The notes under the pieces are model-generated. The model had not been told where the DNA came from and did no database searches. It saw only the letters and a list, made by a program, of their open reading frames with translations. A stretch of DNA of 64,000 nucleotides from Bacteroidota bacterium (GTDB taxonomy: Bacteria; Bacteroidota; Bacteroidia; AKYH767-A; OLB10), in assembly GCA_016714535.1 (NCBI GenBank), contig JADKDR010000006.1, forward strand, positions 264,514 through 328,513. The letters are read 5' to 3'. This document shows positions 1 through 10,002 of the stretch, piece by piece (within the stretch, counting starts at the first letter, position 1; each line of letters opens with the position of its first letter). The position numbers were made by a program, and so were the translations under genes.

Positions 1-1239
1 GCAGGGGGATCATCGTTTATAGTAGCCGCTATTGATTTTATAACCTCATCGCAAGCAGGCATATTTTGAGCCAGTTGTTGCAACGCTTCATTATCTGCTT
101 GCAGGCAAAAGTGTTTCAATGGCAGTGTAGCTTCCAGGGAGCGTTTTAATTGCATCATTTCGCGAGGCGAAATTTTTCGCAATGCCGCTTTCGATATCAA
201 CCGCTCAAGGTCGCCCACCTGCTTAAGTTGCGTGGCTATCACATTTGACTCTTCAAACCGGTTTACAAAATAGCTAACCGCATCCTGACGTTGCTGTATA
301 GACTGTATATCTTTTAATGGGAGGAGCAACCATCTGCGCAATAAACGCGCACCCATTGGGGTGAGCGTCTTATCAATCACATCTATCAAACTCCTTCCAC
401 GTTCGAAGGGAGTGCTTACCAATTCCAAATTTCGTATGCTGAATTTATCGAGCCATACAAATTGCGACTCTTCGATTCGCGATATAGAGGTAATGTGGCC
501 AAGGGTACGCTGTTGGGTTTCGTTTAAATAATAGAGTGCGGCACCTGCAGCAATAATAGCAAGCGGCATATCATCTATACCAAAGCCTTTGAGTGAGGCA
601 CTTTGAAATTGTTTAGTTAATAGCTCATGGCAATAGGTTGATTGAAAAACCCACTCATCTACCTGATAGGTAAAATATTTTTTCCCAAACTGATCGAGCA
701 ATTCTTTTTGTGTACGCTTTTGGAAAATAATTTCTCCCGGACTAAAGTTCTGAATTAGCTTATCAACGGTTTCCCAGGTGCCTTCACCTGCCAGAAACTC
801 ACCTGTACTTGCATCTACAAATGCGATTCCGAAACGGCCGTTATCATGATGTATGGCACATAAGAAATTATTACTGCGGTGATCCAATATCTTATCGTTA
901 ATAGCAACCCCCGGTGTTACCAATTCGGTAACGCCACGTTTCACAATGGTCTTTGTTAATTTGGGATCTTCGAGTTGGTCGCAGATAGCTACACGCATGC
1001 CTGCACGCACCAGCTTTGGCAAATAGGTATCTAGTGCATGATATGGGAAACCGGCAAGTTCCATTTCGCTGGCAGCACCATTGCTTCGTTTGGTTAGTAC
1101 AATGCCAAGCACTTTGCTACAGCGCACGGCATCATCATTAAATGTTTCGTAAAAATCGCCTACACGAAATAGCAACAACGCATCCGGGTATTTCGCCTTA
1201 ATGCTGTTGTATTGTTTCATTAATGGAGTTTCCTTCGTT
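1..1239 (-). CDS. mutS: DNA mismatch repair protein MutS, N-terminal ~413 aa; the gene continues beyond the window start
   Basis: Minus-strand translation from the ATG at 1237-1239 gives MSTKETPLMKQYNSIKAKYPDALLLFRVGDFYETFNDDA...GFPYHALDTYLPKLVRAGMRVAICDQLEDPK. This is the canonical MutS domain I N-terminus. There is no stop before position 1. Confidence 0.9.
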
Positions 1240-1304
1240 GACATTTAATTGAATATGGTGCTAAGTTTTCTAAAGTTTATCTTCGCGCAAATGTAATTTT
1301 TTGC

Positions 1305-1829
1305 TTGGTGGAAAAAATAAAAAACGAAGATTTAGGAAGGCTATCAGTAGCAGCATTTAAACAGGCTGCAAAATTGCCAATTATTATCGTACTTGATAAT
1401 GTGCGCAGTGCCCTCAATGTGGGCAACATCTTTCGCACTTGCGATGCCTTTCGTGTTGAAAAAATATTGCTTTGTGGAATAACGGCTGTTCCTCCCAATA
1501 AGGACATTTACAAATCGGCACTTGGGGCCACCGAAACGGTTGCCTGGGAATATTTTGAAAACACAATGGATGCTATTGAACATCTTAAAGAAAACAACTA
1601 TGTATGTGTTGCTGTAGAGCAGGTGCAAAACAGCATACGGTTAAATAAGCTTAACTGGAATGGTGAAAAAACCGCCTTAATATTTGGACATGAGGTTGAT
1701 GGTGTTTCACAAGCGGTGGTAGATCAGAGTGATTATAGCCTGGAAATTCCCCAAGTTGGCACCAAACATTCATTGAATATTTCTGTTTGTCATGGCGTAG
1801 TGATGTGGAAGTTTTTTGAATCGATATGA
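1305..1829 (+). CDS. SpoU/TrmH-family RNA 2'-O-methyltransferase
   Basis: 174-aa ORF with IIVLDNVRSALNVGNIFRTCDAF and EIPQVGTKHSLNISV, the motifs of SPOUT-class (SpoU) methyltransferases. Confidence 0.8.
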   Translation: MVEKIKNEDLGRLSVAAFKQAAKLPIIIVLDNVRSALNVGNIFRTCDAFRVEKILLCGITAVPPNKDIYKSALGATETVAWEYFENTMDAIEHLKENNYVCVAVEQVQNSIRLNKLNWNGEKTALIFGHEVDGVSQAVVDQSDYSLEIPQVGTKHSLNISVCHGVVMWKFFESI

Positions 1830-1837
1830 TTTAAAAA

Positions 1838-4567
1838 TTATCGCACCATCAAATTCCCTTTCAATTTTAAGTCCCTGCTAGATGCCCCAATCATTATCCT
1901 AAATTCTCCCGGTTCAATTACGCGTTGTATTTTATCATCAATCATGCTTAACATTTCTGGCGTGATGTTAAATGATAGTTTCTTTGATTCGCCAGCTTTT
2001 AAGGGAACGCGCATAAATCCTTTTAATGCAATTACCGGTTGCGAAATAGATGACAGCATATCGCGTATGTATAGTTGCACCACTTCTTCCCCATCTTTGG
2101 TGCCTGTATTTTTTACAGTGAAAAATACTTGTGTGGTATCAACCGTAGTAGTTTCATTTTTGGAAAAATTTAAATCGCTGTATTCAAAACTTGTATAGCT
2201 CAATCCAAATCCAAAAGGAAATAAAGGCAATCCGCTCAGGTTATAGTAGTCATCGCCACGGCCGGTGGGCTTGTGAAAATAAGATAGCGGCAATTGCCCC
2301 TCATGTTGCGGAAATGTAATGGGCAAGCGCCCTGCCGGATTGTAATCGCCAAATAAGACATCGGCCAGTGCGTTTCCTGTTTGTTCACCATTGTACCAGT
2401 TCATCACAACTGCATCTACCTTATCAATCCAGCTGCTCATGGTGATAGCGCTACCACCACTTAGCACAACAACGATGGGCTTGCCATTGGCAGCAAGTTT
2501 AATAATCATCTCCTCCTGATTGCCTGGAAGTGATAACAAGGCTCTATCACGAAACTCGCCTTCTTCAATTCCTGCAACAACAATTACTGCATCGGCTTGC
2601 ATGGCTGCCTGTATTGCAGCGTTTATTTTTTCATCTTCATTCTCAGCAACACCATAATTCCAGATTAATTTAATATGGGCATTACCCACTGTTTCCTTAA
2701 ATTCAATTTTTATTTCATAAATTTTATCTTTGATAAATTCGTAATCTTCAAGCACTACACTATAAGACTGTTTTAACCATTTATCAATTACTAATTTCTT
2801 ATTGATATATAATTTAAAGCCATCATTCCCTTCTAATCCAATTTTTAGCTTAGCCGAAACGGGAACTTTTAAGTTGCCTGTCCATCGCACACTATAAAAA
2901 TCTAAAGGCAATATAGGATCGGGAGGATAGAGGGTCCAATGAAAATTTATTTGCCCATCCATTCTTTCAAACGCAGGTTTGCCTGCCAAATCAGGATTTG
3001 CAAAATACATTCCCCGCAAGCCGTTAGCTTTTCCTTCTGCTGTTAACCCTGAAAAATATTTAGTATCTATTACCGTATATGTTTCATAAATACGATTAAC
3101 TCCTTTCGAATACATAATCTTTGTATTGGCTCCAACCTTATTGCTAATTCCATCCAATGCAGAAACACCATGCATGCTCACAGCACTATATCCTCCCATT
3201 CTTAACTCTGCTGCATCACTGCCAATCACTGCAATAGTCCCAAGATTTTTTCTTAGTGGAAGGGCTTTATTTTCATTTTTAAGCAACACCATCGACTTAA
3301 GCGCTGCTGCTTTAGCAGCAGCAATATGCCTGGCATTGTGATAATACTTTATTACTTCGCTGGTGTCAATATAAGGTTGTTCAAACAACCCTAACTCAAA
3401 CTTAGCGCGCAACACTCTTCGCACTGCATTATCAATTATGTCCTGTTTGATGCTCCCATCCAAAAAAGGCGGACTAAACAGTTTGTAATGATCGAAGTGC
3501 GTTTGTAAAATAACATCCAACCCATTGGTAATGGCTTTTGCCGTGGCATCGGAATAATCACGTGCTGTATAATGCAATACATTGGCACCACCTGTAGCAC
3601 CGGCATCGCTAATCACAAAACCGGTAAAATTCCAATCGCCCTTGAGTTTTTTATTTAGCAACCAATTGTTGGCAGTGCATGGAGCACCATCAAGCGAATT
3701 GTAGGAGGTCATGACCGACCGTGCTTTTGCCTTTTCGAATGCAGATTGAAAAGGAACAAAATCAGTTTGCATTAAATACAATTCACTAAAGTGAATTGGA
3801 TAACTATCGCGGCCACCCTCGCCAACATTCGCAACAAAATGTTTTGGAGTAGTAATTATATTTTTTGTTTCAAATGCCTGAATAAAAGCATTGCCCATAA
3901 CGGCACTTAAAAATGGGTCTTCGCCATAGGTTTCTTCAACACGTCCCCAGCGAACATCGCTTGCTAAATTTATTACCGGACTTAGCACCTGTCTTATTCC
4001 ATACACTTTAGTCTCGGTTGAAATAGCATCAAATACTTGCCGTGCAACTGTTGTATCGAAGGTGCTTGCTATGGCTATGGATTGCGGAAAAACCGTTGCA
4101 TTATATTGTAATAGTCCATGTAATGCTTCCTCAAAAAAAATTGCCGGAATACCCAACCTTGATCGCTCTATCAAATAGCGCTGTATGGCATTACACTTTC
4201 TTGCGTAGGCCAATGGACTGCCAAGTGTATCGTGCGCCATCATTTGTTGTGTTGCCTCCCTATTGCCTAGATCTTCTCTAAACTGCAAACCGAAAATTCC
4301 GCTTTTATATTTTTCCTCCTCGCCTGATTTTATTTCATCATGAATCATAAAAAGTTGCCAGAACTTTTCTTCGGGTGTCATGCGTTGTAATAAATCTTCT
4401 ATCCGTAGCGCAGCGGGTTGATTTGGGTTCTTGTAAAGAGGAATACTTTGTGCGTTGCAAATTTTGACACCTCCAAGAGCTACCAAAAAAGTGAAAAATA
4501 GTGGGAGCGCAAGTATGGCGGGCGCGCTACGCGCGCCCGCACTATGTTTTATTTTATTTCTATTCAT
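1838..4567 (-). CDS. Secreted glycoside hydrolase family 3 beta-glucosidase (BglX-like) with an inserted PA14 domain
   Basis: Signal peptide follows MNRNKIKH. GH3 N-domain (SYNSLDGAPCTANNWLLNKKLKGDWNFTGFVISDAGAT), PA14-like insert (YSVRWTGNLK...GFKLYINKKLVID) and GH3 C-terminal GRLPITFP. The start was moved to the internal Met just ahead of the signal peptide. Confidence 0.9.
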   Translation of the reverse strand: MNRNKIKHSAGARSAPAILALPLFFTFLVALGGVKICNAQSIPLYKNPNQPAALRIEDLLQRMTPEEKFWQLFMIHDEIKSGEEEKYKSGIFGLQFREDLGNREATQQMMAHDTLGSPLAYARKCNAIQRYLIERSRLGIPAIFFEEALHGLLQYNATVFPQSIAIASTFDTTVARQVFDAISTETKVYGIRQVLSPVINLASDVRWGRVEETYGEDPFLSAVMGNAFIQAFETKNIITTPKHFVANVGEGGRDSYPIHFSELYLMQTDFVPFQSAFEKAKARSVMTSYNSLDGAPCTANNWLLNKKLKGDWNFTGFVISDAGATGGANVLHYTARDYSDATAKAITNGLDVILQTHFDHYKLFSPPFLDGSIKQDIIDNAVRRVLRAKFELGLFEQPYIDTSEVIKYYHNARHIAAAKAAALKSMVLLKNENKALPLRKNLGTIAVIGSDAAELRMGGYSAVSMHGVSALDGISNKVGANTKIMYSKGVNRIYETYTVIDTKYFSGLTAEGKANGLRGMYFANPDLAGKPAFERMDGQINFHWTLYPPDPILPLDFYSVRWTGNLKVPVSAKLKIGLEGNDGFKLYINKKLVIDKWLKQSYSVVLEDYEFIKDKIYEIKIEFKETVGNAHIKLIWNYGVAENEDEKINAAIQAAMQADAVIVVAGIEEGEFRDRALLSLPGNQEEMIIKLAANGKPIVVVLSGGSAITMSSWIDKVDAVVMNWYNGEQTGNALADVLFGDYNPAGRLPITFPQHEGQLPLSYFHKPTGRGDDYYNLSGLPLFPFGFGLSYTSFEYSDLNFSKNETTTVDTTQVFFTVKNTGTKDGEEVVQLYIRDMLSSISQPVIALKGFMRVPLKAGESKKLSFNITPEMLSMIDDKIQRVIEPGEFRIMIGASSRDLKLKGNLMVR

Positions 4568-4681
4568 ATGCCCGCATTCCATTTTTTAATCTAAAATAGA
4601 AATAACATTTTTTCTAACCTTTTTTTGTACCATCTGTACAATTTATTTTAATGTGACACGATGTTTTTACTGCACATGCGT

Positions 4682-6184
4682 TTACTTAACAACTAATTTA
4701 AAAACCAGTGCATCGCTAGGGTCAGTTGTTTTGGTATTGTCAATTTTTATTTTTCCATTAGAATTGGTCCACTTAACAGAACCGCTTTTCATGGCAGAAA
4801 TATTTTTTACCTGCCAACCATTATTACTAAACTCTATTGTGGGTGGCACTTTTTCATTTTCTTCTGCTAGGTAAATCGCATAGATGGTATTTCCCTTTCG
4901 CGTAAACACAAATTTTCCTTCCTGATATGGAAGTACCGGTTTTGTTCCATAAATACAATCCTGATTCACACGCATCCAATTACCTATTTGCTGCAAACGT
5001 ATATAGGCATCGTTATCCCAATCTCCTTGTGCCGAAGGCGCAATGTTGAGTAAGAGATTTCCTCCACGCGACACAATCTTACATAACAAATGAATAAGCT
5101 GATTGGTTGATTTGAATTTATCGCCAGGCACGTAACTCCACGAAGTGGCCATGGTCATGCAGGTCTCCCAGGGATACGACAAAACGGTATCAGGAACCTG
5201 TTGCTCTGGAGTAAGATAGTTTTGATAATATCCATACACTGAACGATCTACAATTAATATTCCCGGTTGTTGCTTGCGTGCCATAGCAGCCAACCGATGC
5301 ATGTCTATCTCATTGCGCCATGGTGTTTTTATCCACGATTCTTCTTCCTTGGTAATGGTACTGTCAGGGCGCACCCAGCCTCCATCAAGCCAAAGTAAAT
5401 CTACCTTACCGTAATTAGTGCACAATTCCTGCAACTGATTAAACGTATAATCATCAAAGTTTTTCCATCGGTCAGGATATTTGGCAGGATCGTAATTGCT
5501 CATGCGATTAGGGGTTGCAAAATAACTCCACCAGTAGTATTCACTATGCCAATCGGGCTTACTGAAATATGCACCTGTCATAAAATTATATTTTCTAAAT
5601 GCATTAAATATTTCAGCGGTCACATCTGCTTTGGGATTATTATGAAAAGGCGTTTTTTGAGAAGTAATTTTGTAATCGGTTTGTTTGGTATCGAACATAC
5701 AAAACCCATCGTGGTGCTTTGTGGTAAACACAACATACTTCATGCCTGCTTCAGAGGCAGCTTTAGCCCATTTATCGGGATTGAAATTAACAGGGTTAAA
5801 GGTGGTTTGCAATTTTTCGTATTCCTTTTTATAGGTGTTGTAATCATGTGCATAAGGCCCTCTGCGTTGACACCAGCCCTCGTCCTCGTTGCACAAACTC
5901 CAACTTTCAACAATACCCCACTGCGAATACGTCCCCCAGTGCATTAGCAAACCGAACTTACAGTCTTGCCAATAGGCAAGTTTCATTGCAACGAGCGAAT
6001 CTTGTGGGGGATAATATTTATGAATAGTATGCTGTGCATTTACTGTTTTAATAATTACACCGGATAACAGTGCAATAAACAGCACACACGTGATGACCCT
6101 TTTGCAGGAAATAAATAATTCTACCCGGCTTGCACTATTTCTAATTTTAACCACCTCAAACCGGGATAAACTTCTTCTTTGCAT
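4682..6184 (-). CDS. Glycoside hydrolase family 29 alpha-L-fucosidase
   Basis: MHWGTYSQWG...VVFTTKHHDGFCMFDTKQTDY is the conserved GH29 HHDGF region. An N-terminal signal/anchor is present. Confidence 0.85.
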   Translation of the reverse strand: MQRRSLSRFEVVKIRNSASRVELFISCKRVITCVLFIALLSGVIIKTVNAQHTIHKYYPPQDSLVAMKLAYWQDCKFGLLMHWGTYSQWGIVESWSLCNEDEGWCQRRGPYAHDYNTYKKEYEKLQTTFNPVNFNPDKWAKAASEAGMKYVVFTTKHHDGFCMFDTKQTDYKITSQKTPFHNNPKADVTAEIFNAFRKYNFMTGAYFSKPDWHSEYYWWSYFATPNRMSNYDPAKYPDRWKNFDDYTFNQLQELCTNYGKVDLLWLDGGWVRPDSTITKEEESWIKTPWRNEIDMHRLAAMARKQQPGILIVDRSVYGYYQNYLTPEQQVPDTVLSYPWETCMTMATSWSYVPGDKFKSTNQLIHLLCKIVSRGGNLLLNIAPSAQGDWDNDAYIRLQQIGNWMRVNQDCIYGTKPVLPYQEGKFVFTRKGNTIYAIYLAEENEKVPPTIEFSNNGWQVKNISAMKSGSVKWTNSNGKIKIDNTKTTDPSDALVFKLVVK

Positions 6185-6452
6185 CTTTATTACTTTTACT
6201 ATTCAGATTTTTTTTGGAATCCGTTATCCTAACATCCATCCCAATTTCTATTGAAAATAAAAATTGCAAATTGCAACTATAACTATATATGTTGACCAAT
6301 GCTATTCCTAACTCCGAAAGACTTTTATTTGGAACGAAAGTAAATTAATTTTCTAATAGCAATAATCCTTTTTTGTAGAATTTGAAAAACCACCATTCAC
6401 ACTAAATTGCCATATACCCTGACTTTGCCCGATGGCCCCAGCCAAAATTTTC

Positions 6453-7694
6453 TCAGTTCCTAATGACAATAAAATTAAACACCCATTGATAAATAAATAA
6501 AAGGGCAAGGTAAATTGTTCCAAGGGTTTCATAGGCTAATCCTGCTGCACAGGCAACTATGGTAAGCACTCCCATTAGCGCCATAATTCCAGCGTATATG
6601 GTAAGCGTTATTTTACCTTTTCGTATGGCCTTATTAAAAATAGAAGCGCATGGCAACATCATTGTAACAAAAAATATTCCGGCAATCAAAAACGTTTCTA
6701 TCTGCGAGGGAATATAAATGAGTAATGAAATTACTCCGGCAGCAAACAGAAGTGAAGTAAGCAATGCCCCTTTGCGTTCTTGATCACTTAAAATAAACTT
6801 ACCTTGAGGATGCCAGAATAGCAGCATGTTAAACAATGGTTGTATAATCCATGTGCTGAAAGCAAAGAGCGAGTACAAAATCAACAACGGATAAATAAAA
6901 ATAGCCATGGATGGATTTTTATCAGCCAAATTATTTAAATACCTCATCCCAAACCATAATCCAAAAATAAGGGCCGCTTGCATCCCCGGTTTCATATTAC
7001 CAATCCAAAACATGTACTTTAAAAAAACACGATACAGCCAATAGCGTGCTTTGAGAGCTTCTATCATGCCATGTTTGGCCCATTCATTGTTTGGATTAAA
7101 ACGCAGTGCTTCACTAAAGTGATGTATGGCCTTACGATGGTCTCCTCGCTCCAGAATACTCCAGGCTGTATTGGCATGGGTGTTACTGTTTTCGGGATCC
7201 TCATACAGGGCTTCGTTAATAGTGGCAAACGCTTCTTCCTTTTTATTTAACTTTATTAACGCAGTAGCACGGTGATTAAGCGCATCCACATTACCCGGGT
7301 CAATTGCCAGTGCCTCATCAGCGCTTTGCAATGCGAGTTCATAATCCTTTTGCAATAAAAATAATTGTGCACGCCAGGCAAAATATTCATCTCGATATGG
7401 TTCCATAGCGATGGCCTCATTTATTTTGACCATAGCATCTTTTGATTTTTCTTTAGCAAGAAAAATTCGCGAGTACATATAGAAAGTAAACGAATCAGAA
7501 GGGTCGAGCCTGATAGCCTCGTTAATAGACGCTTCGGCCTCAGTAATTTGATCAGCATTGAGGTGGCAAATAGCTAAGTACACATGTGCCTGCGCATCAT
7601 CAGGAAACGAACTTAGGTGTTGCCTAAATTCGGCAACAGCCTCCTTAAAACGATGTTGTTGTAGTAATAGTTTCCCGCGTTCCAAATGATACAT
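6453..7694 (-). CDS. TPR-repeat protein with a C-terminal polytopic membrane domain (unknown function)
   Basis: About 215 aa of TPR-like repeats, then roughly 6 predicted TM helices (FIYPLLILYSLFAFSTWIIQPLF..., GIMALMGVLTIVACAAGLAY...). It lies 4 bp downstream of the TPR-AAA gene. Confidence 0.6.
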   Translation of the reverse strand: MYHLERGKLLLQQHRFKEAVAEFRQHLSSFPDDAQAHVYLAICHLNADQITEAEASINEAIRLDPSDSFTFYMYSRIFLAKEKSKDAMVKINEAIAMEPYRDEYFAWRAQLFLLQKDYELALQSADEALAIDPGNVDALNHRATALIKLNKKEEAFATINEALYEDPENSNTHANTAWSILERGDHRKAIHHFSEALRFNPNNEWAKHGMIEALKARYWLYRVFLKYMFWIGNMKPGMQAALIFGLWFGMRYLNNLADKNPSMAIFIYPLLILYSLFAFSTWIIQPLFNMLLFWHPQGKFILSDQERKGALLTSLLFAAGVISLLIYIPSQIETFLIAGIFFVTMMLPCASIFNKAIRKGKITLTIYAGIMALMGVLTIVACAAGLAYETLGTIYLALLFIYQWVFNFIVIRN

Positions 7695-7697
7695 ACC

Positions 7698-9011
7698 TTA
7701 CTTTTTTATGCCGAGGTAAGTGAGTATATCGTTGTACAAACCGCTTTCATTAGCATATAATGCGTAGTTGCGCGCACTAACAAACCATTCTTTAGTGCTT
7801 GGCAATACTTGCTTCATTGCCTGCAATAGCGATGCAGTATTTAATGGCGAAGGCATTCCCTTCAACATAGACTCGCGCAGTTTCTCTTCGATGGCAATAT
7901 CGATAATTGCTTTAAGGTCGGCACCTGAATAGTCTTTAGTTTTTTTAGCCAATGCTTGATAGTCAATTTCAGAAACGGGTTTCCCTTTCAGCAACACTTT
8001 AAATATTTCTTCACGAGCTGTATCATCAGGAGGTGGAACAAATATGATGCGATCAAATCTGCCAGGCCTGCGAAAAGCGGCATCTAAATGCCAGGGCGCA
8101 TTGGTTGCCCCAAGTATTAAAATTCCATCGTTGCCATTTTGTGCCCCATCCAGCTCATTTAAAAACTGGTTTATCAAATGCCTTCCTGCCGAATGGCGCA
8201 TATCTGAGCGGCTGGCACCAAGGGCATCTACCTCGTCAAAAAAAAGTACACAGGGTTTTTGCTGACGAGCCATTTCAAATATAGCATGCAATCGTTGCTC
8301 ACTGGCACCTATGTACATATCCAACACATCGTTTATACCTACCGTTACAAAGTTGGCCTTCACCTGCCCCGCTGTAGCGCGGGCAAGCATGGTTTTGCCA
8401 CAACCCGGAGGTCCATATAACAATATACCTCCGCCTATGGCTTTGCCATAGGCCGCATACAACTCAGGGTGTTGCATGGGAAGTATGATTTTCATTTTGA
8501 TCTCCTCTTTCACTACATTCATTCCTCCTACATCATCAAAATTTATTTTGGGGCGCTCCATATTTGCAGGCAGTGCTTCAAATTCATCATCCATTACGCT
8601 CTCTCCGGATGTATTTTTTACTTTAAGCGCATCTTCCATCTCATCATCCTTAAGCGATGCATCAAGCATAAGTGCCTTTTTATACTCTTCGCTTGCCTTA
8701 AATAGTTGATTGTCTTTTAATAAAAGTTTTGCATGCAGCAGAAAGGTAGCAGGTGGTGGTGTGCCTCTTGCTATTAACTCATCCACTATTACATTCGCTA
8801 TCGAATATTTTTGCTGCATGTAACATGACTTTGCCAGCCCCAGCTTAATCTTATCATCGCTTTGTATTTCAAGGGCGCTTTTATAAATAGTTTCGGCCTC
8901 ATCGTACCGGGCGGTGTTCATCAATGCCTCGGCCAGCATCATGTGTAAGGGGATATTATCGGGCGAAACTTGTAGCGCTAGTTTCAAATTCTCAATAGCT
9001 TCGTTGTTCAT
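7698..9011 (-). CDS. TPR-repeat N-domain fused to a classic AAA+ ATPase (CDC48/FtsH-type) module
   Basis: Walker A ILLYGPPGCGKTMLA, Walker B VLFFDEVDALG, second region of homology and arginine finger GATNAPWHLDAAFRRPGRFDR. The N-terminal ~150 aa are TPR-like. Confidence 0.8.
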   Translation of the reverse strand: MNNEAIENLKLALQVSPDNIPLHMMLAEALMNTARYDEAETIYKSALEIQSDDKIKLGLAKSCYMQQKYSIANVIVDELIARGTPPPATFLLHAKLLLKDNQLFKASEEYKKALMLDASLKDDEMEDALKVKNTSGESVMDDEFEALPANMERPKINFDDVGGMNVVKEEIKMKIILPMQHPELYAAYGKAIGGGILLYGPPGCGKTMLARATAGQVKANFVTVGINDVLDMYIGASEQRLHAIFEMARQQKPCVLFFDEVDALGASRSDMRHSAGRHLINQFLNELDGAQNGNDGILILGATNAPWHLDAAFRRPGRFDRIIFVPPPDDTAREEIFKVLLKGKPVSEIDYQALAKKTKDYSGADLKAIIDIAIEEKLRESMLKGMPSPLNTASLLQAMKQVLPSTKEWFVSARNYALYANESGLYNDILTYLGIKK

Positions 9012-9208
9012 TGCGTATTATTTGATGGTGCAAGTTTAGGGAAAATATTCTTGATTTTAGTTACATAGTTCTTCCTTGTTTGAATTGGTTCGCAATTGGG
9101 AGGCGGAGCGTTCTCTGTAGCAATGTTCAATCCTGAACTTAAAACTTTTATGCAACTAAGGTAATAACGGTGATAATATATGTTCTGCCTTGTTCAGGCT
9201 TATGAACG

Positions 9209-9228
9209 AAACGTGTCAGTGACACGTT
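9209..9228. promoter_or_regulatory. Palindrome AACGTGTCA-g-TGACACGTT in the upstream region of the TPR-AAA operon
   Basis: Seen directly: 9-bp inverted arms around a single central base, ~200 bp upstream of the operon start at 9011. Candidate operator; function unknown. Confidence 0.3.
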
Positions 9229-9470
9229 GTTCTCGCTACGGTTGGTTAGAATTTCCATTATTGAAACTCGGCTTTTTATTTGGGATTAATTCTTATGGAA
9301 TAATAATGAGTAGCTGAAGCTACGTTAAGTGGGGGGCAGATATACGTTAACAACTTTATATTGCTCCATTTACAAATTGTAAAAAAACTTTTCTATATCT
9401 TTACAATTACAAATTTTAAAATCAAATAGCAATGGAAAATTTAAGTAACTTAGTAGTTGCTCCAATTGAG

Positions 9471-9494
9471 CAACAAGCAACAAGCAACAAGCAA
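9471..9494. repeat. Short tandem repeat (CAACAAG/CAAGCAA)n, about 3.5 units
   Basis: caacaagcaacaagcaacaagcaa seen directly in a ~1 kb non-coding AT-rich stretch. Confidence 0.6.
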
Positions 9495-10002
9495 CAAGCA
9501 AAAGGCATTTAGCACATTTAATTTTACTCCTATTAATAATGTTAATGCATAATCAAATGAGAGCACAGGCATGGACACAGTTGGGGCCGGGTGCCGGAGG
9601 GCAGGAAAGAGCAGTATATTTACATCAAAATTCAAAATAATATTCAAACCCGTTTTTTTAAATAATAAAGTAGTTGTCCAAAAATACAATCTCAAATCTA
9701 TTTTCAGAATAGGGTTGTTAATCTATTGAAACAAAAGATACAGATTCGGAAATCACTCTGTACTGGCCTTGTAATCCAATAATATAAGCAAGTTTGGCTT
9801 TTTGTCCAGTTCATTTGTGCCTCCAAAAAGAATGAATTTAAATTCCACAGAACGTCACCTATGCAATTGTTAGCAATGTGCAATAGATATATTTACACGG
9901 AACCAATTGTCAAAAAGCCAATAATTTTTTATTTCTAAAAAGTTGAATCGCCAATGAATTCCCGTACAAAAAAACCGGAGCAAAAATCTAACCCTACTTT
10001 TC

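Noticed and set aside
4653-5947. Plus-strand ORFs 4653..4874 and 5546..5947 inside the GH29 gene
   Set aside because: Antisense to a well-supported minus-strand gene. No features.
9432-9512. Small ORF MENLSNLVVAPIEQQATSNKQQAKGI (26 aa) spanning the CAACAAG microsatellite
   Set aside because: It is generated by the simple repeat itself. There is no RBS or promoter evidence, and it is too short and low-complexity to call.
9450-9695. 81-aa minus-strand ORF in the 1 kb intergenic region
   Set aside because: Leucine/phenylalanine-rich translation of AT-rich DNA that overlaps the microsatellite. No homology features.
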